The position numbers and the translations under genes were made by a program. The notes below the pieces were generated by a model that saw only the letters and a program-made list of their open reading frames with translations, was not told where the DNA came from and searched no databases. Below are positions 39,705-49,993 of a DNA stretch of 64,000 nt, one piece after another; the first letter of the stretch is position 1; each line of letters opens with the position of its first letter. The DNA is taken from the IMG/VR virus record IMGVR_UViG_2836755666_000018, positions 1-64,000 of that record; one strand, 5' to 3'. This DNA is from a virus. Taxonomy: Duplodnaviria; Caudoviricetes.

Positions 39705-41969
39705 TTAAGGTACACTTGGCAACCAATCTTCGGCCTCCACTTCATTTAATTCCAGATTTGTTCTATATCCATGTTTTGTTCTTTCTCTAATATACCTTTT
39801 ACCCAGTTCTTTAAGCGCATTATTAATCGAGCGTCCAAAGGCGGTTAAACTCAAGGCGTTTTTATTACCGTTCCCTTGCATATAAGCCGTGTAAGCATGG
39901 TATAAATATTTCCTTGGCACTGGCGGGTAAATATTGGCGTTCCCCATCATCATACCGCTAGCAGCTTCTAATGTAATGAGATAGGCGCAAAAATCGATGA
40001 GGGGTCACTTTCCCGTTTGATTTCTATCGCTTCCCCTGATCCCCTTTGTTCAAGTAATAACGCTTTTGCGTCTTCTGGATCATCAAAGTTGCCAACAATC
40101 GACGTACAATGACAGCGATCTCACTTGAAATCTTTTCCGCTAACCTAGAATCTTTATCTTCGTCTTTTACCTTGTTATTGAACTGGAATATCACTCGCCT
40201 ACGGGCTACACCGTCTGCACGTTCAGTGAATATCATAGGGGTATTATTTGTTGCAATAACAACGGCTCTTATTACAGTGCTATACTGATGTTCATATTTA
40301 GGGTCAATTTCAATTAAATCACCGCCTGTTATGGCTTTTGCTCCCGTGGCTTCTCCTATGTACTTCGGTTGATCGGGGATGGTGATCAATCGTTTACTAA
40401 CGAATTGTGCTCGCCCTCTCGCGGTATCTAAAGCGGCCATATTGCTACTTCCGGTATTATCTTCACCTACGAGTAAAGTGGCTATTTGGGCAAAACACTT
40501 TACCGCTTCCGCCTATTCCTGTAATTTCTAAAACAGTTCCCAGTCATAGCGGTTAGCTAAAATCATATATAACCCTGCAAAATCCGTTTCATTTTATACG
40601 GGTCACGATTAGCAGCATGATCTAACCATTTATGAAAATGTGGGCATGATCCGTAAATTTTCATCGGGTGGGGCGGGTCTATATTCAATCCCATTGTGAT
40701 TTAATAACCAGTTATCGGGCTGGTGTGGTGAAAATACTTTAGTTTTAATATTAAAGACACCATTAGCAAAAGGAATAACATCGTTACAAGGCTTACCCAA
40801 CTTAGGGACAATAATTTTCAATGCCTCCACCGCATTATTAACCGCTCGGTTGCTAAAGTTGGTGTTATGTTGACAATAGATATTGCCCATTTCACGAGCC
40901 AGATCAAGGTGGGAAATTTTTTCCCATATCCCTGATACGTAGCGATAAAATACCTTACTATCACTGTGTACAGCGATCCCCTCATAACGTTCAGCCAGCA
41001 ACAAGGCTTTTTCATTGTCTGCCATTTGAGAAAGATTGTTACCCGTCTTTTGCTTGTCAGGCTCAACTTGATACGCCCCCTCTATAAACGCCTGTTTTGC
41101 TGCCTCAATCCCATGTTGCTGACGGTAATCATCCCAATCAGCTTTTCTTTGGTTGGCGGTATGGTGACCCAACCATTAACCACTTTTGCGGTTTTCTCCG
41201 CTTTAATCTTGCCAATATTGGCTTCATCGGGCTTAACATCATTATCCGCCGCAATAATGATTTTGATTGAGGTAATGCTTCCTGACCCATGTAGCAACGG
41301 GTAATAAATTACCTTCATCAAGCGCTGCCAGTACCACGCCTTCATGCAACTGGCTCACGGTTAAAGCGGTTGCATATCCTTCGGCAATTAACACCGTATC
41401 GGGCGTTCCAGTGAAATCAACGACGGGAATATAGCCACCTTTTTTCTTTGTGCCTGAGATAAAGCGCTTTTCACCGTTAGCTCTGATAATCTGAGCACCC
41501 AGTAATTTATCACCCTGTTTTACGGGTAATATCATCGAGCCATCTTTTAATAGCTTAACTGAACAGGTATGACCTTTGAGTATTAAGTACTGAGATTGAC
41601 CTAATGTGGCTTCTTCTAATAACTTTGCGGATTTTTTAATAGCATCCGTTAAAGGCGGTTTATCTGATATAGTCGTTTCTTTTTTGGACAGGTATTGAAA
41701 TAACCTTAGCCACTTCCTTAGCCGCTTCCGTGACATCAACATTAAATAACCGTCTCACTAAATCCAGTCCGTCACCACTACCACACTGATTACAGATAAA
41801 TGTGCCGTTACCTTCCTTATCATCAAAGCGAAAGCGGTCTTTACCCCCACAAGCTGGACAAGCGGTATGACGATTCAAGGGGACTTCTGCCCCCCAGTGA
41901 TGCTAATATACCTTGCCAACGTCCTGTGGCCTGCTGCTTAACCTGACGGATTAAATCAATATTTCTCAT
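39705..41969 (-). pseudogene. Satellite B P4 gp-alpha-like primase-helicase (frameshifted as assembled)
   Basis: Same N-terminal primase as A; D5-type region (IPFANGV, KAITGGD.IEIDPKY, TNN, RRRVIF) and P4 origin-binding domain (RKYLYHAY.AYM..NG..N.LSLTAFG..TNL.L..DWLP). Confidence 0.88.
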
Positions 41970-43405
41970 GATTTATCCTCCTGAGCAGCAGCGCTATCCG
42001 CCATGTCATTCATCATGTCAACCCACATATCAAGCCCCATCCCTGACAACTTGCCGTTCTCAACGCACAGGTCAAGTATTTGTTCAGCGACAGATTCCCA
42101 AGATTTGTATTCATCTTTCAACGGTTTTAATGCATAAGTATCAACCAGCTTCCGAATCCCTTTTACGCCGTCGATAATATCAACATGAATAGCGTCATCT
42201 TCGGTGTATAAGGTAAACCAGTCTCCGCCGTTTTCTGCTCTTACATCCTGATAGATTGCCTTAGCAAAAAGCGTTAGCCCGTGCATTCAGGCGAAAGTTT
42301 AAAGTGATTAATGTCATCTTTCCCCCTTAATGCACCACAGCAACGGGCTGAACATTGCCGTTAAGCACATCATCGATAAATAGGTTATGGAGTTGGGCTA
42401 AAATTTCTTGCCCCATAAAGGAAAGTTTTAAACACTTAGCATTACTGACTTCTAGCATGTTTCGATAAAACGTCAGAATATATTGCTCTGCGTCTTCCTT
42501 GGTCTCCCTAGAATAAAAAGCGCCTTCAATATTATTCTCCATGCCCATGCGTTCAGTCGCCAGAAAAATAGGAAGGTGATAGTTTTTATGGGTGTAGTAA
42601 GGCTGACCATTTTTAACGTTGCATTGCATAACGAAAATAGCCGAAATAACACAGCGTACGGACGTGATCACATCGGCTTTGTTAAAATCGTCTTTTTTTC
42701 CAGTATTCATCGATTAATTTCAGGATTAACTTAGGGTCATCATCCCAATGACCCTCATTAACACGATTAGGGATATCCGCCACAGGAATCGTTATTTTTC
42801 AATATGCCCCTGTTCGTTTAAATGTGTAAGGCATACATTTTGCCAATGGTTTTATTTTATAGCTCATCTTGACCCCTTCCTTTTTTTAGCCTGTTTGCGC
42901 TTACACTTTTCGACTTAGTGCCTGTGTGCTTTGAGCCACTGACATAAGTGTTAATCCCAGGATTTCTTATAAATTGGGGCTTCACTTTTCCCTTAAGAAA
43001 AGCCCGTGTATTCTTAGCGTTAAAGGTATTATCCCGCCCTGAGTTATAGCCATCGCTAAAAGTAATTAATGGTTGTTCGTCATATTGTGTCATGTTCATC
43101 TCACGCCCTCCGATACAGGGAATCCTTCACGCTGATAGAGTGTGAACTGGGCGTTTTCTGCGTTGATAATGAGTGCCTGAGCAATTTTAGGTAAGCACAT
43201 CAACGCCTCACTCATCCGGCATAAATCCGCTTTCGCCTGACTATCGGCATAGTTTTCATTGCTACATGCCCAATATGCGCATTCACCAAAGGCTTTTAGC
43301 CCTGACATAATCCCATCAAACCCTGCCTCACAAGCACCTTTCATTTCTCTTAGATCTTTAGTGCTCATCGCCTGTAAATTATCCGCTATGAGGTAATGCT
43401 GAATA

Positions 43406-44005
43406 TCAGCCATGATGTACCCCCTTGGTGAAATCACCTAAATCACAGATAGACAGTTGGGAAAGTTCAATAACGGTTTTGATGGCTGGACGAAGGCGCT
43501 TAAGCTCTCTACGGCGTAGGGTCATCGCTGCACTGCCTGGCTTACCATGACCAAGATAAGAGTCCTTCTCTGCCTTAACGACAAGATGTTGCGCTTCCTC
43601 CGGTTTCATCTGGCTTAACTCTTCAAGCGAAGGAATATCAACATGACGGAGTTCACCTAAGGTGTTACGGCGGAAATAAACATTGACTAGCTCTTTTTGT
43701 ATTTTCCAAGAAAGCTCATCACGAAATGACTTAACGATTAACAAATAACCTGATTCAGTTAGAACCGTTAGCCCCCTGTTTGGCACAGAAATTCCTAAAG
43801 TATCTAATTGATACTTTAGAGATACTGGAATCGATAAATAATCTTCCTCATAGACAAAATGTTCTCTATGGCGGTTAAATGCGACTCGTGTAGTTCCTTT
43901 AGGGCGATCATGTGCCTTATCAATCATGGCAAAAGTAACAACACGCTTACCTTGGTACTCCACAACAGGCATCGCCCGATTATGGATAGCGACAAAATTA
44001 GACAT
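43406..44005 (-). CDS. Satellite B ORF6N-domain protein
   Basis: Paralogue of 22765-23367 with a divergent centre. Confidence 0.8.
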   Translation of the reverse strand: MSNFVAIHNRAMPVVEYQGKRVVTFAMIDKAHDRPKGTTRVAFNRHREHFVYEEDYLSIPVSLKYQLDTLGISVPNRGLTVLTESGYLLIVKSFRDELSWKIQKELVNVYFRRNTLGELRHVDIPSLEELSQMKPEEAQHLVVKAEKDSYLGHGKPGSAAMTLRRRELKRLRPAIKTVIELSQLSICDLGDFTKGVHHG

Positions 44006-44201
44006 GTTGTCCCTCCTTACCCATGTCTAGCATGGTCACGAGGGTATTAGCCCTTTCAGACGCCAAAAACACTAAATCAGATAGATAAAAGGCTAGGCTA
44101 TTATCCTTTTCTACTGCTATCTGATTGATACAATTAAGCAAAGATGCCGTTATGGTTGCATAGTGAAGAAGATTGTCATTATTGACATAAGCGCTATTCA
44201 T
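43998..44201 (-). CDS. Small hypothetical protein (satellite B only)
   Basis: Coupled 67-aa ORF, absent from A. Confidence 0.5.
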   Translation of the reverse strand: MNSAYVNNDNLLHYATITASLLNCINQIAVEKDNSLAFYLSDLVFLASERANTLVTMLDMGKEGQHV

Positions 44202-44386
44202 AATGTCACCTCCTCTAAATCCTGACGAGATTTAGCCAAGTCCCTGGCATATTCGAGTAGGGCGAAAGCAATGTCTTGTGACTTCGGATCGCTAAATAAA
44301 TATTCCATCGTCTCAAGCAATGTCGCTATGACATTTAATTTGTCTTGAGGGTGAATATAAGCCGCTGGAAGTGAGCTATTACACAT
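44198..44386 (-). CDS. Small hypothetical protein (satellite B only)
   Basis: ATG at 44386 after a GGAGG RBS; absent from A. Confidence 0.5.
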   Translation of the reverse strand: MCNSSLPAAYIHPQDKLNVIATLLETMEYLFSDPKSQDIAFALLEYARDLAKSRQDLEEVTL

Positions 44387-44573
44387 AAGCCACCTCCTGT
44401 ACAGGCTTAAGGCCTGACAAGACAAGCCGATCACCTTTGACCAGCACATGAAATAATCTGCGCTCACGACGGGTTAATGACACTTTGCCGTAGGGAATGT
44501 TGGAATCTAGAGGGATAATCCAGTAAGTATCTGTAAAATTAGGGCGAGTTTAGGTAGACTTATACGAAGCCAT
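44379..44573 (-). pseudogene. Satellite B icd-like gene with a nonsense codon at position 8
   Basis: Homologous to 23360-23593; CAA in A is TAA here. Confidence 0.6.
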
Positions 44574-44703
44574 AACTGTTACTCCAGTTATCGTTGTGGT
44601 TAGGCGCCCTGCTAGTGTGGTACGACTGTAGGGCGTTGTCTTTTATACAATGCCATAGTCACTTGTAGTTACAAATAAACACAGTATAATAGGAGTAAAC
44701 CAA

Positions 44704-44885
44704 GTGTCAATACAGGAAAAGGATAAACGAAATAACGCAGTTTTCTAATTTCGAGTTGAACCGCCACTTGGAGCTGCTAAGGAATAAAACAGCATTATTA
44801 GAAGACGGCGATGCTTCTGTTTCAGGATGGATGAAACGCATTATCCGTAAAGAACTAGACAAAAGAGGCATCCCCTAAAGGCTGA
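44704..44885 (+). pseudogene. Satellite B ribbon-helix-helix regulator (disrupted as assembled)
   Basis: GTG start; EDGDASVSGWMKRIIRKELDKRGIP is homologous to 23727-23903; internal stop and frameshift. Confidence 0.6.
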
Positions 44886-45615
44886 AATCGCTTAGATACA
44901 TATTCCGCTGATTGCTTCTGAGCCAATCCAGCCAACCCAACCAACCCGATATTATCGGGTAGCCTCATCATCAGAGAAAAATTTCCTTGATGTTCTGAGT
45001 GACCATGAGCCACTCGCTTTGTTTGTTTATTAACCGTTCCTCTTAATGATGAATGGTTATTTTTTGCACTACTCAAATTTGAGTAGATGAGGTATTTTAA
45101 GCTGCGGTTAGATGGTTGTTTTGTATACTGCACAAATTGAATCAACCTATTGTTTTTAATGCTTTCTTTTGTTCGCACCTCTCTAATGGCTTGTACACCC
45201 ATGTTGTTTAATTTCTGAACTACACTTTTTGTGTAGTGACCTACACTTTTTTTGTAGGTCGACTTGTTCAGGCGATTAAATATATCGCCCCCCTGATTTT
45301 TGGCATAAAGAAGCCCTTCACGGTTATTCACCGTGTTTTGAATGTTCATATTGAACCTTATTTAATTAATTGAGCGGTGAGTCATGCTGCTTGGTCAGAA
45401 AAAGGGGACTTTCGGTAATCACTGCCTGCCAGGGAAAGGAAAGAATTTTTTTAATCTACTTCCTCTTTAAGTTGTTACAGGTCTTTATAGGTTTTTAGAG
45501 GTATTTTATCTACCTATACCTAATTAACTAATTGATATTAAACGGATTAAATGTAATTGGTACAGGTGATACAGGTTTTTTAGGTTTTCTGCCAAAAAGG
45601 GGACTTTTCCCCTCA

Positions 45616-45900
45616 TCAGTGAGATTGACGGCTGTAAGGATTATTCACGTTCTTCACCTCTGGCGGATTGCGTGCCCACCATAGAACATCGCTTAATAGC
45701 CATGAGACGGAGTTCTTTCCCATAGGTATACGCTTAGGAAATTTTCCTTCTTCCTCTAACACCCATCGACGGGAACGGGATAAACCAGATATCTGCTTAC
45801 ATTCGGCTTCCCTGATTCGGCGATCATACTTTTGACCATATTCATCTAAAATAAATTGTCTTTCTTCTCTGGTAGGTTCAGTAAATTTAACCGTTATCAT
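45616..45900 (-). CDS. alpA: AlpA-family regulator
   Basis: Protein identical to 24628-24912. Confidence 0.88.
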   Translation of the reverse strand: MITVKFTEPTREERQFILDEYGQKYDRRIREAECKQISGLSRSRRWVLEEEGKFPKRIPMGKNSVSWLLSDVLWWARNPPEVKNVNNPYSRQSH

Positions 45901-45974
45901 TATTTCTTCTCCATAATAAAAAAACCCCGATTAACGGGGTTCAATTCATGACATTTAATTTTTATACGTTCTAG

Positions 45975-46199
45975 TTATTCAGGTTTCCATGTGCCTTTTA
46001 TCCAAGCCTGAACTTCGGATAATCGGTATAATCTGGTTTGTAGTCCTATATTTATTTTTAAAGGAAATCTGCCCCTTTTTTCTAAATAATATCTATGATT
46101 TCTACCTAGCGAAGTTAACCATTCACATTCTTCTTCTTTAATTAATCGGTCAATTTCATCCATATTTTCTATCTCAGCACGAGTTAATATTAGTATCAT
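45975..46199 (-). CDS. AlpA/excisionase-like protein next to the integrase
   Basis: Diverged homologue of 24985-25209. Confidence 0.8.
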   Translation of the reverse strand: MILILTRAEIENMDEIDRLIKEEECEWLTSLGRNHRYYLEKRGRFPLKINIGLQTRLYRLSEVQAWIKGTWKPE

Positions 46200-46214
46200 A
46201 AAACCATCTTCTTT

Positions 46215-47402
46215 TTATAATGCGTTTAAATAATCTACCCACCAAACAAGCGCTTCTCTTTTCCTATTCATATATTTACTTCGATTGTATATTCCCGCTA
46301 CACCAGTTAATGTGTGACCAAGTAATTGTTCAATAACATTATGTTCAAATCCGTTATCACTAAGATTTGTAGCGATTACTCTTCGCATATCATGTGGAGT
46401 CCATTTTTCTAAATGATTAAGCCTTTTCCATATTTTTATCATGCTGATACTGGCTGCACTCTGACGCATGTTAAAACCAATTACCCTCTCTCTATTACAA
46501 GTTGCTTTGTTTAATAGTGATAGCCATTGTTTAAAATTATAGGGAATGGGTCTAATAATTTCTCTACCATTTTTACTATGATGAGGGGGGACTCGCCATA
46601 TATCATTTTCTAAGTCCCATTCATCCCATGTTGATAATATTATTTCAGAAAGACGACAACCAAAGACAATAAGAAATTTTAAAATAATTCTATTTTCATA
46701 TGAGATAATATGATTATCATATTCTTTATTCACATAATGCCACAGCGCTTTTAATTCATCCTTTGTTAACACTCTCTCTCTTTTATTTGATTTTTTTCCT
46801 ACATCACTTACATCTAAATCGTCAATTTCATGGCTGATTGCATATTTTCTAACCCTACAAAATTTTAAAGCCTGTTTTGTTGTTTTTAACATTGCGCCTG
46901 CTTGTACCGGAGCAACTTTTTTTATTCTATCGAAACAGTTAACCCACATAGACAACGAACAATCATTCAATGGAATATCTCCAATATCGGAATAAATATG
47001 TTTCATGAAACAACTTTGAATATATTTTGCGCCTTTTCTTTTATCTTGAGCATAATTATTAATCCAGTATTCTAAGCTATCTTTGACTGTAACAGGTTTC
47101 AGTAAATCATCTTTGGTTATTTTGATTTGTATTCTCGGATCTTTACCCCCAGCTAACCATATTCGACAATTATCTCTCTGCTCCCTTGCGGCTTTTAAAC
47201 TTAAATCTGGGTACTTGCCTAATGTTAACCATATAGGCGCGCTCTTTCTCCCGTAAAGGCGAAAGAAAAAAACAAAACTTATCGTACCTGTTTTACTTAT
47301 TCTTATAGCTAACCCATTACCATCAGCAATAGTTTGTTGTTTTTCGCTTAATTTACCATGTAAGGATCTTAACTTTTTATCACTGAGCTTGTTGACTGCC
47401 AT
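46215..47402 (-). CDS. int: Satellite B tyrosine integrase
   Basis: Start MAVNKLS at 47402 by alignment with int A; GCRLSE, HDMRR, LGH, Y motifs. Confidence 0.95.
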   Translation of the reverse strand: MAVNKLSDKKLRSLHGKLSEKQQTIADGNGLAIRISKTGTISFVFFFRLYGRKSAPIWLTLGKYPDLSLKAAREQRDNCRIWLAGGKDPRIQIKITKDDLLKPVTVKDSLEYWINNYAQDKRKGAKYIQSCFMKHIYSDIGDIPLNDCSLSMWVNCFDRIKKVAPVQAGAMLKTTKQALKFCRVRKYAISHEIDDLDVSDVGKKSNKRERVLTKDELKALWHYVNKEYDNHIISYENRIILKFLIVFGCRLSEIILSTWDEWDLENDIWRVPPHHSKNGREIIRPIPYNFKQWLSLLNKATCNRERVIGFNMRQSAASISMIKIWKRLNHLEKWTPHDMRRVIATNLSDNGFEHNVIEQLLGHTLTGVAGIYNRSKYMNRKREALVWWVDYLNAL

Positions 47403-47422
47403 GTAGCGCCCTTTTTTCAATT

Positions 47423-47446
47423 TGCAATACACATTGCAATACACAG
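47423..47446. repeat. Putative integrase arm-type sites, right end of satellite B
   Basis: TGCAATACACATTGCAATACACAG. Confidence 0.75.
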
Positions 47447-47573
47447 AGTTGTGTAAAAACCAGAAAACACGAAAAAACACGAGAACAATAAAAAATGAAT
47501 AATCTATTTTATATCAGTATCTTACAAACAACACGAGGACGGCTAATCCATTATAATTAGCAGATATTACATT

Positions 47574-48581
47574 CTTTGTTATAAAATTCGTCCTAGCTGA
47601 AACCTGCTCCTGTGCTTTTTTTGCAAGGCGGCGCATATCATCCCATCGCTTGCAAATACCTAATCCAGGATTGGCTTTTTGCCACATCTTCTCGTCAAAC
47701 GGATCATCTTTCTTGTCTAGGGTATAAATAATGCCAAAGAAGGAATCGTCTTCAACCTGCCCCTGTAAAACCTTGATGGCATAATCGCGTAATTCGTAGC
47801 ATATGCCTTCTTTATTAAATCCAGCGGTGGTAATACCGAAGAGCAAGGATTGTAATCTTGCACCTGTTGCCGTCTCTAATACGTCCCAAACATCACGCGT
47901 TTTGTGTGCGTGCAGTTCATCGACAATACCGCAATGGATATTTAACCCGTCCAAATTATTTGCATCGCTGGATAGTGGTTCGAATTTTGAAGCGGTGACT
48001 TCTTGATAAATCGCTAATTTATTGAACTCAAAACATTGACCAAGGGTATGTTTAGCCTTCCTTATCATGTTTTTTGCATCTTCAAAGACAATGCGAGCCT
48101 GATCACGAGTCGTGGCGGCTGAATAAACCTCTGCGCCACCTTCGCCGTCTGATCCGGTCATATAAAGTGCAATACCTGAAGAAAGCGTTGATTTGGCATT
48201 CTTACGGGCAACTTCGTTATAGGCGGTACGAAAACGTCTGACCATCACGACTCGTCCACTGCCATCATTACGGATTACCCTTTCCCCCGTTTGTTCATCG
48301 ACTAAAGGGATAACAAATCCAAAAATATTGATCAGGATAAAAATATGCCAATCCATCAATTTTATAGTTTGACCGGCAAGATTACCTTTTACATGGGGCA
48401 CAAACTGATAGAAATTAAGGATATGTTGTGCGCGGGGGAAGCTAAAATAGATACCCCGTTCTTCACCATGCTCAAGGTCATTCAAAAAGCGTTGACACGC
48501 CAATCGTACATATTCACACGCGATGATATCACCCGACACAGCGCGTTGTGCATAGCTAATGCCTTCCGCTACTTTTGCCAT
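47574..48581 (-). pseudogene. terL: Helper terminase large subunit, 5' (ATPase) part, split by satellite B
   Basis: ARKNAKST, VDELHAH, ITTAG, W.KANP motifs; 336 codons up to ...ARTNFITK. Confidence 0.93.
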
Positions 48582-49057
48582 TAGTCTATCCTGCTTTTCA
48601 AAAATTCGACAAACGGATCTATTTCGTTTGAAGCCTTACCGTTTACTTTTGACCTGCTAGCGGGGGTCATGCCGAATTCAGCTTGCATTCTGCAAATGCG
48701 CTTCCACGCATCGGCCATCATGGCAACTTGCGGATGTGGACGGATCATGACGTTGCCGTCAGTGGATGTTGTCTTGTAGGTCTCGCCTTCTTTGTCAATA
48801 ACATCTCGATGTTTTCGCCATTCGACATACGCCCCAACCAGCAATTCCAGAGCCATACCATCGATAGCAGTAATAACGCCTATCGCATCTAGCCGTTCGC
48901 AAAGAACCTTAAACCAGTAGCGTTCTTGCTTGTTAAAGTGTTTTGGTGTTGGGGGAACCCCTTTTTCGGGTTTTGGCTCATTTTTATTAATTGCCCTTTT
49001 TGAAGGATTACCCCTTATCAAACGTAGATGTGTCGGTGTTTTTGGGGGTCCAGACAT
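48581..49057 (-). CDS. terS: Helper terminase small subunit (P27 family)
   Basis: GPPKTPTHL..RGNPSKR, HPQV, EFGMTPASR. Confidence 0.92.
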   Translation of the reverse strand: MSGPPKTPTHLRLIRGNPSKRAINKNEPKPEKGVPPTPKHFNKQERYWFKVLCERLDAIGVITAIDGMALELLVGAYVEWRKHRDVIDKEGETYKTTSTDGNVMIRPHPQVAMMADAWKRICRMQAEFGMTPASRSKVNGKASNEIDPFVEFLKSRID

Positions 49058-49104
49058 AATTTAAAATTCCTATTAATCGCGCAATTGGGATACCTATAAA
49101 AAGG

Positions 49105-49190
49105 TTTTCTAACCTGCGGTGGTGTAAAAAAAGGCAAATCGGCGGTTCCCAAAGGTAAAAGAGGGAGCGATTTTACCCGCCCCTCCCTCG
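49105..49190 (-). other. Putative helper cos region
   Basis: GGGAGGGGCGGGT...GGGAACCGCCG...CCGCAGGTTAGAAAA between HNH and terS; differs from the satellite cos. Confidence 0.55.
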
Positions 49191-49532
49191 CTTTTCTCTT
49201 GCGGTCTTCGTGCGATGGCATGGCCAACATAACGCTTGCAAGTTACTTTCTGCATCATTGCCGCCTGTTGCTTTTGCGAGAATATGGTCAACGGTGGTTG
49301 CGGTTATCAATCGCCCTTCAACTAAACATCCCTGACACAAAAATTTATCACGTTTTAATATTTTTTTACGGAGATGATCCCACTTTGTACCATAGCCACG
49401 CTGATGACGGCTTTTACCTTGTTGATAATCTTTCCAACTTTGGTTTCGATGTGCGTCACAGTACCCACTGCATTCAGTTGTTGTCTTGGCACAACCGGGT
49501 TTGCGACAGGCACGAGGAATACGTGGCGGCAT
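49173..49532 (-). CDS. Helper HNH endonuclease (gp74-like)
   Basis: RGYG..W, RD..LCQ.C, VDHI, NLQALCWPCH..KT. Confidence 0.9.
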   Translation of the reverse strand: MPPRIPRACRKPGCAKTTTECSGYCDAHRNQSWKDYQQGKSRHQRGYGTKWDHLRKKILKRDKFLCQGCLVEGRLITATTVDHILAKATGGNDAESNLQALCWPCHRTKTAREKRGRGG

Positions 49533-49540
49533 AGTCCTCC

Positions 49541-49993
49541 TTAAGCATTCACTTCTTCTGCTGATTTTAAATATATATCAGGCGCATCAACTATTATCTC
49601 ATCAGTCACAATGAAAGAGGCCTTAACACGTGGAATTTCCTGCGGTTTACTCTCTATAACCGTCGATTCCTGATTAGAGAGTATCTTGCCATTAACGGTA
49701 AGTGCATAGCCTTTAAACACACCCCTAATAAACAGTTTTGATAATTTTATCGATGTCTCTTTTTCATCATTGATTTGTTTATCTCTTGCTTTTTTCGCGC
49801 CTTCTCGAGCACCTATATTACAAGCCTCTTGTACTGCCATTTGCAAACTGGCTGGATATGTTTTCTCTTCGTTAATTGACCCCATTTGTTGCATCAAATT
49901 AGCAATACGTTGCAAGCGATCTTCTAATTTAATGAGATCACTATCATCAGCCTTTATTCTTACTCTAATTTCTGGTGCATTTTTTTCAGACAT
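49541..49993 (-). CDS. Phage hypothetical protein
   Basis: 150-aa ORF between the lysis genes and HNH. Confidence 0.55.
   Translation of the reverse strand: MSEKNAPEIRVRIKADDSDLIKLEDRLQRIANLMQQMGSINEEKTYPASLQMAVQEACNIGAREGAKKARDKQINDEKETSIKLSKLFIRGVFKGYALTVNGKILSNQESTVIESKPQEIPRVKASFIVTDEIIVDAPDIYLKSAEEVNA

Larger units (their letters stand above)
32221..47588 (-). mobile_element. Satellite B: capsid-forming PICI-like element integrated in helper terL (15,353 bp core to core)
   Basis: 15-bp direct repeat CTTTGTTATAAAATT at 32221-32235 and 47574-47588; same gene order as satellite A. Confidence 0.93.

Noticed and set aside
47403-47480. 26-aa N-terminal extension of integrase B
   Set aside because: It translates the arm-site doublet (VYCNVYC); alignment with integrase A places the start at 47402.
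47514-47573. Hydrophobic C-terminal tail on the 355-aa TerL ORF
   Set aside because: Read-through into satellite att DNA past the core; no evidence that it is functional.
11375-47588. Satellites A and B as a single element duplicated by mis-assembly
   Set aside because: They have different integrases, att cores, helicase domains, origins and cargo, plus many synonymous substitutions, and each junction pair restores a different helper gene in frame.
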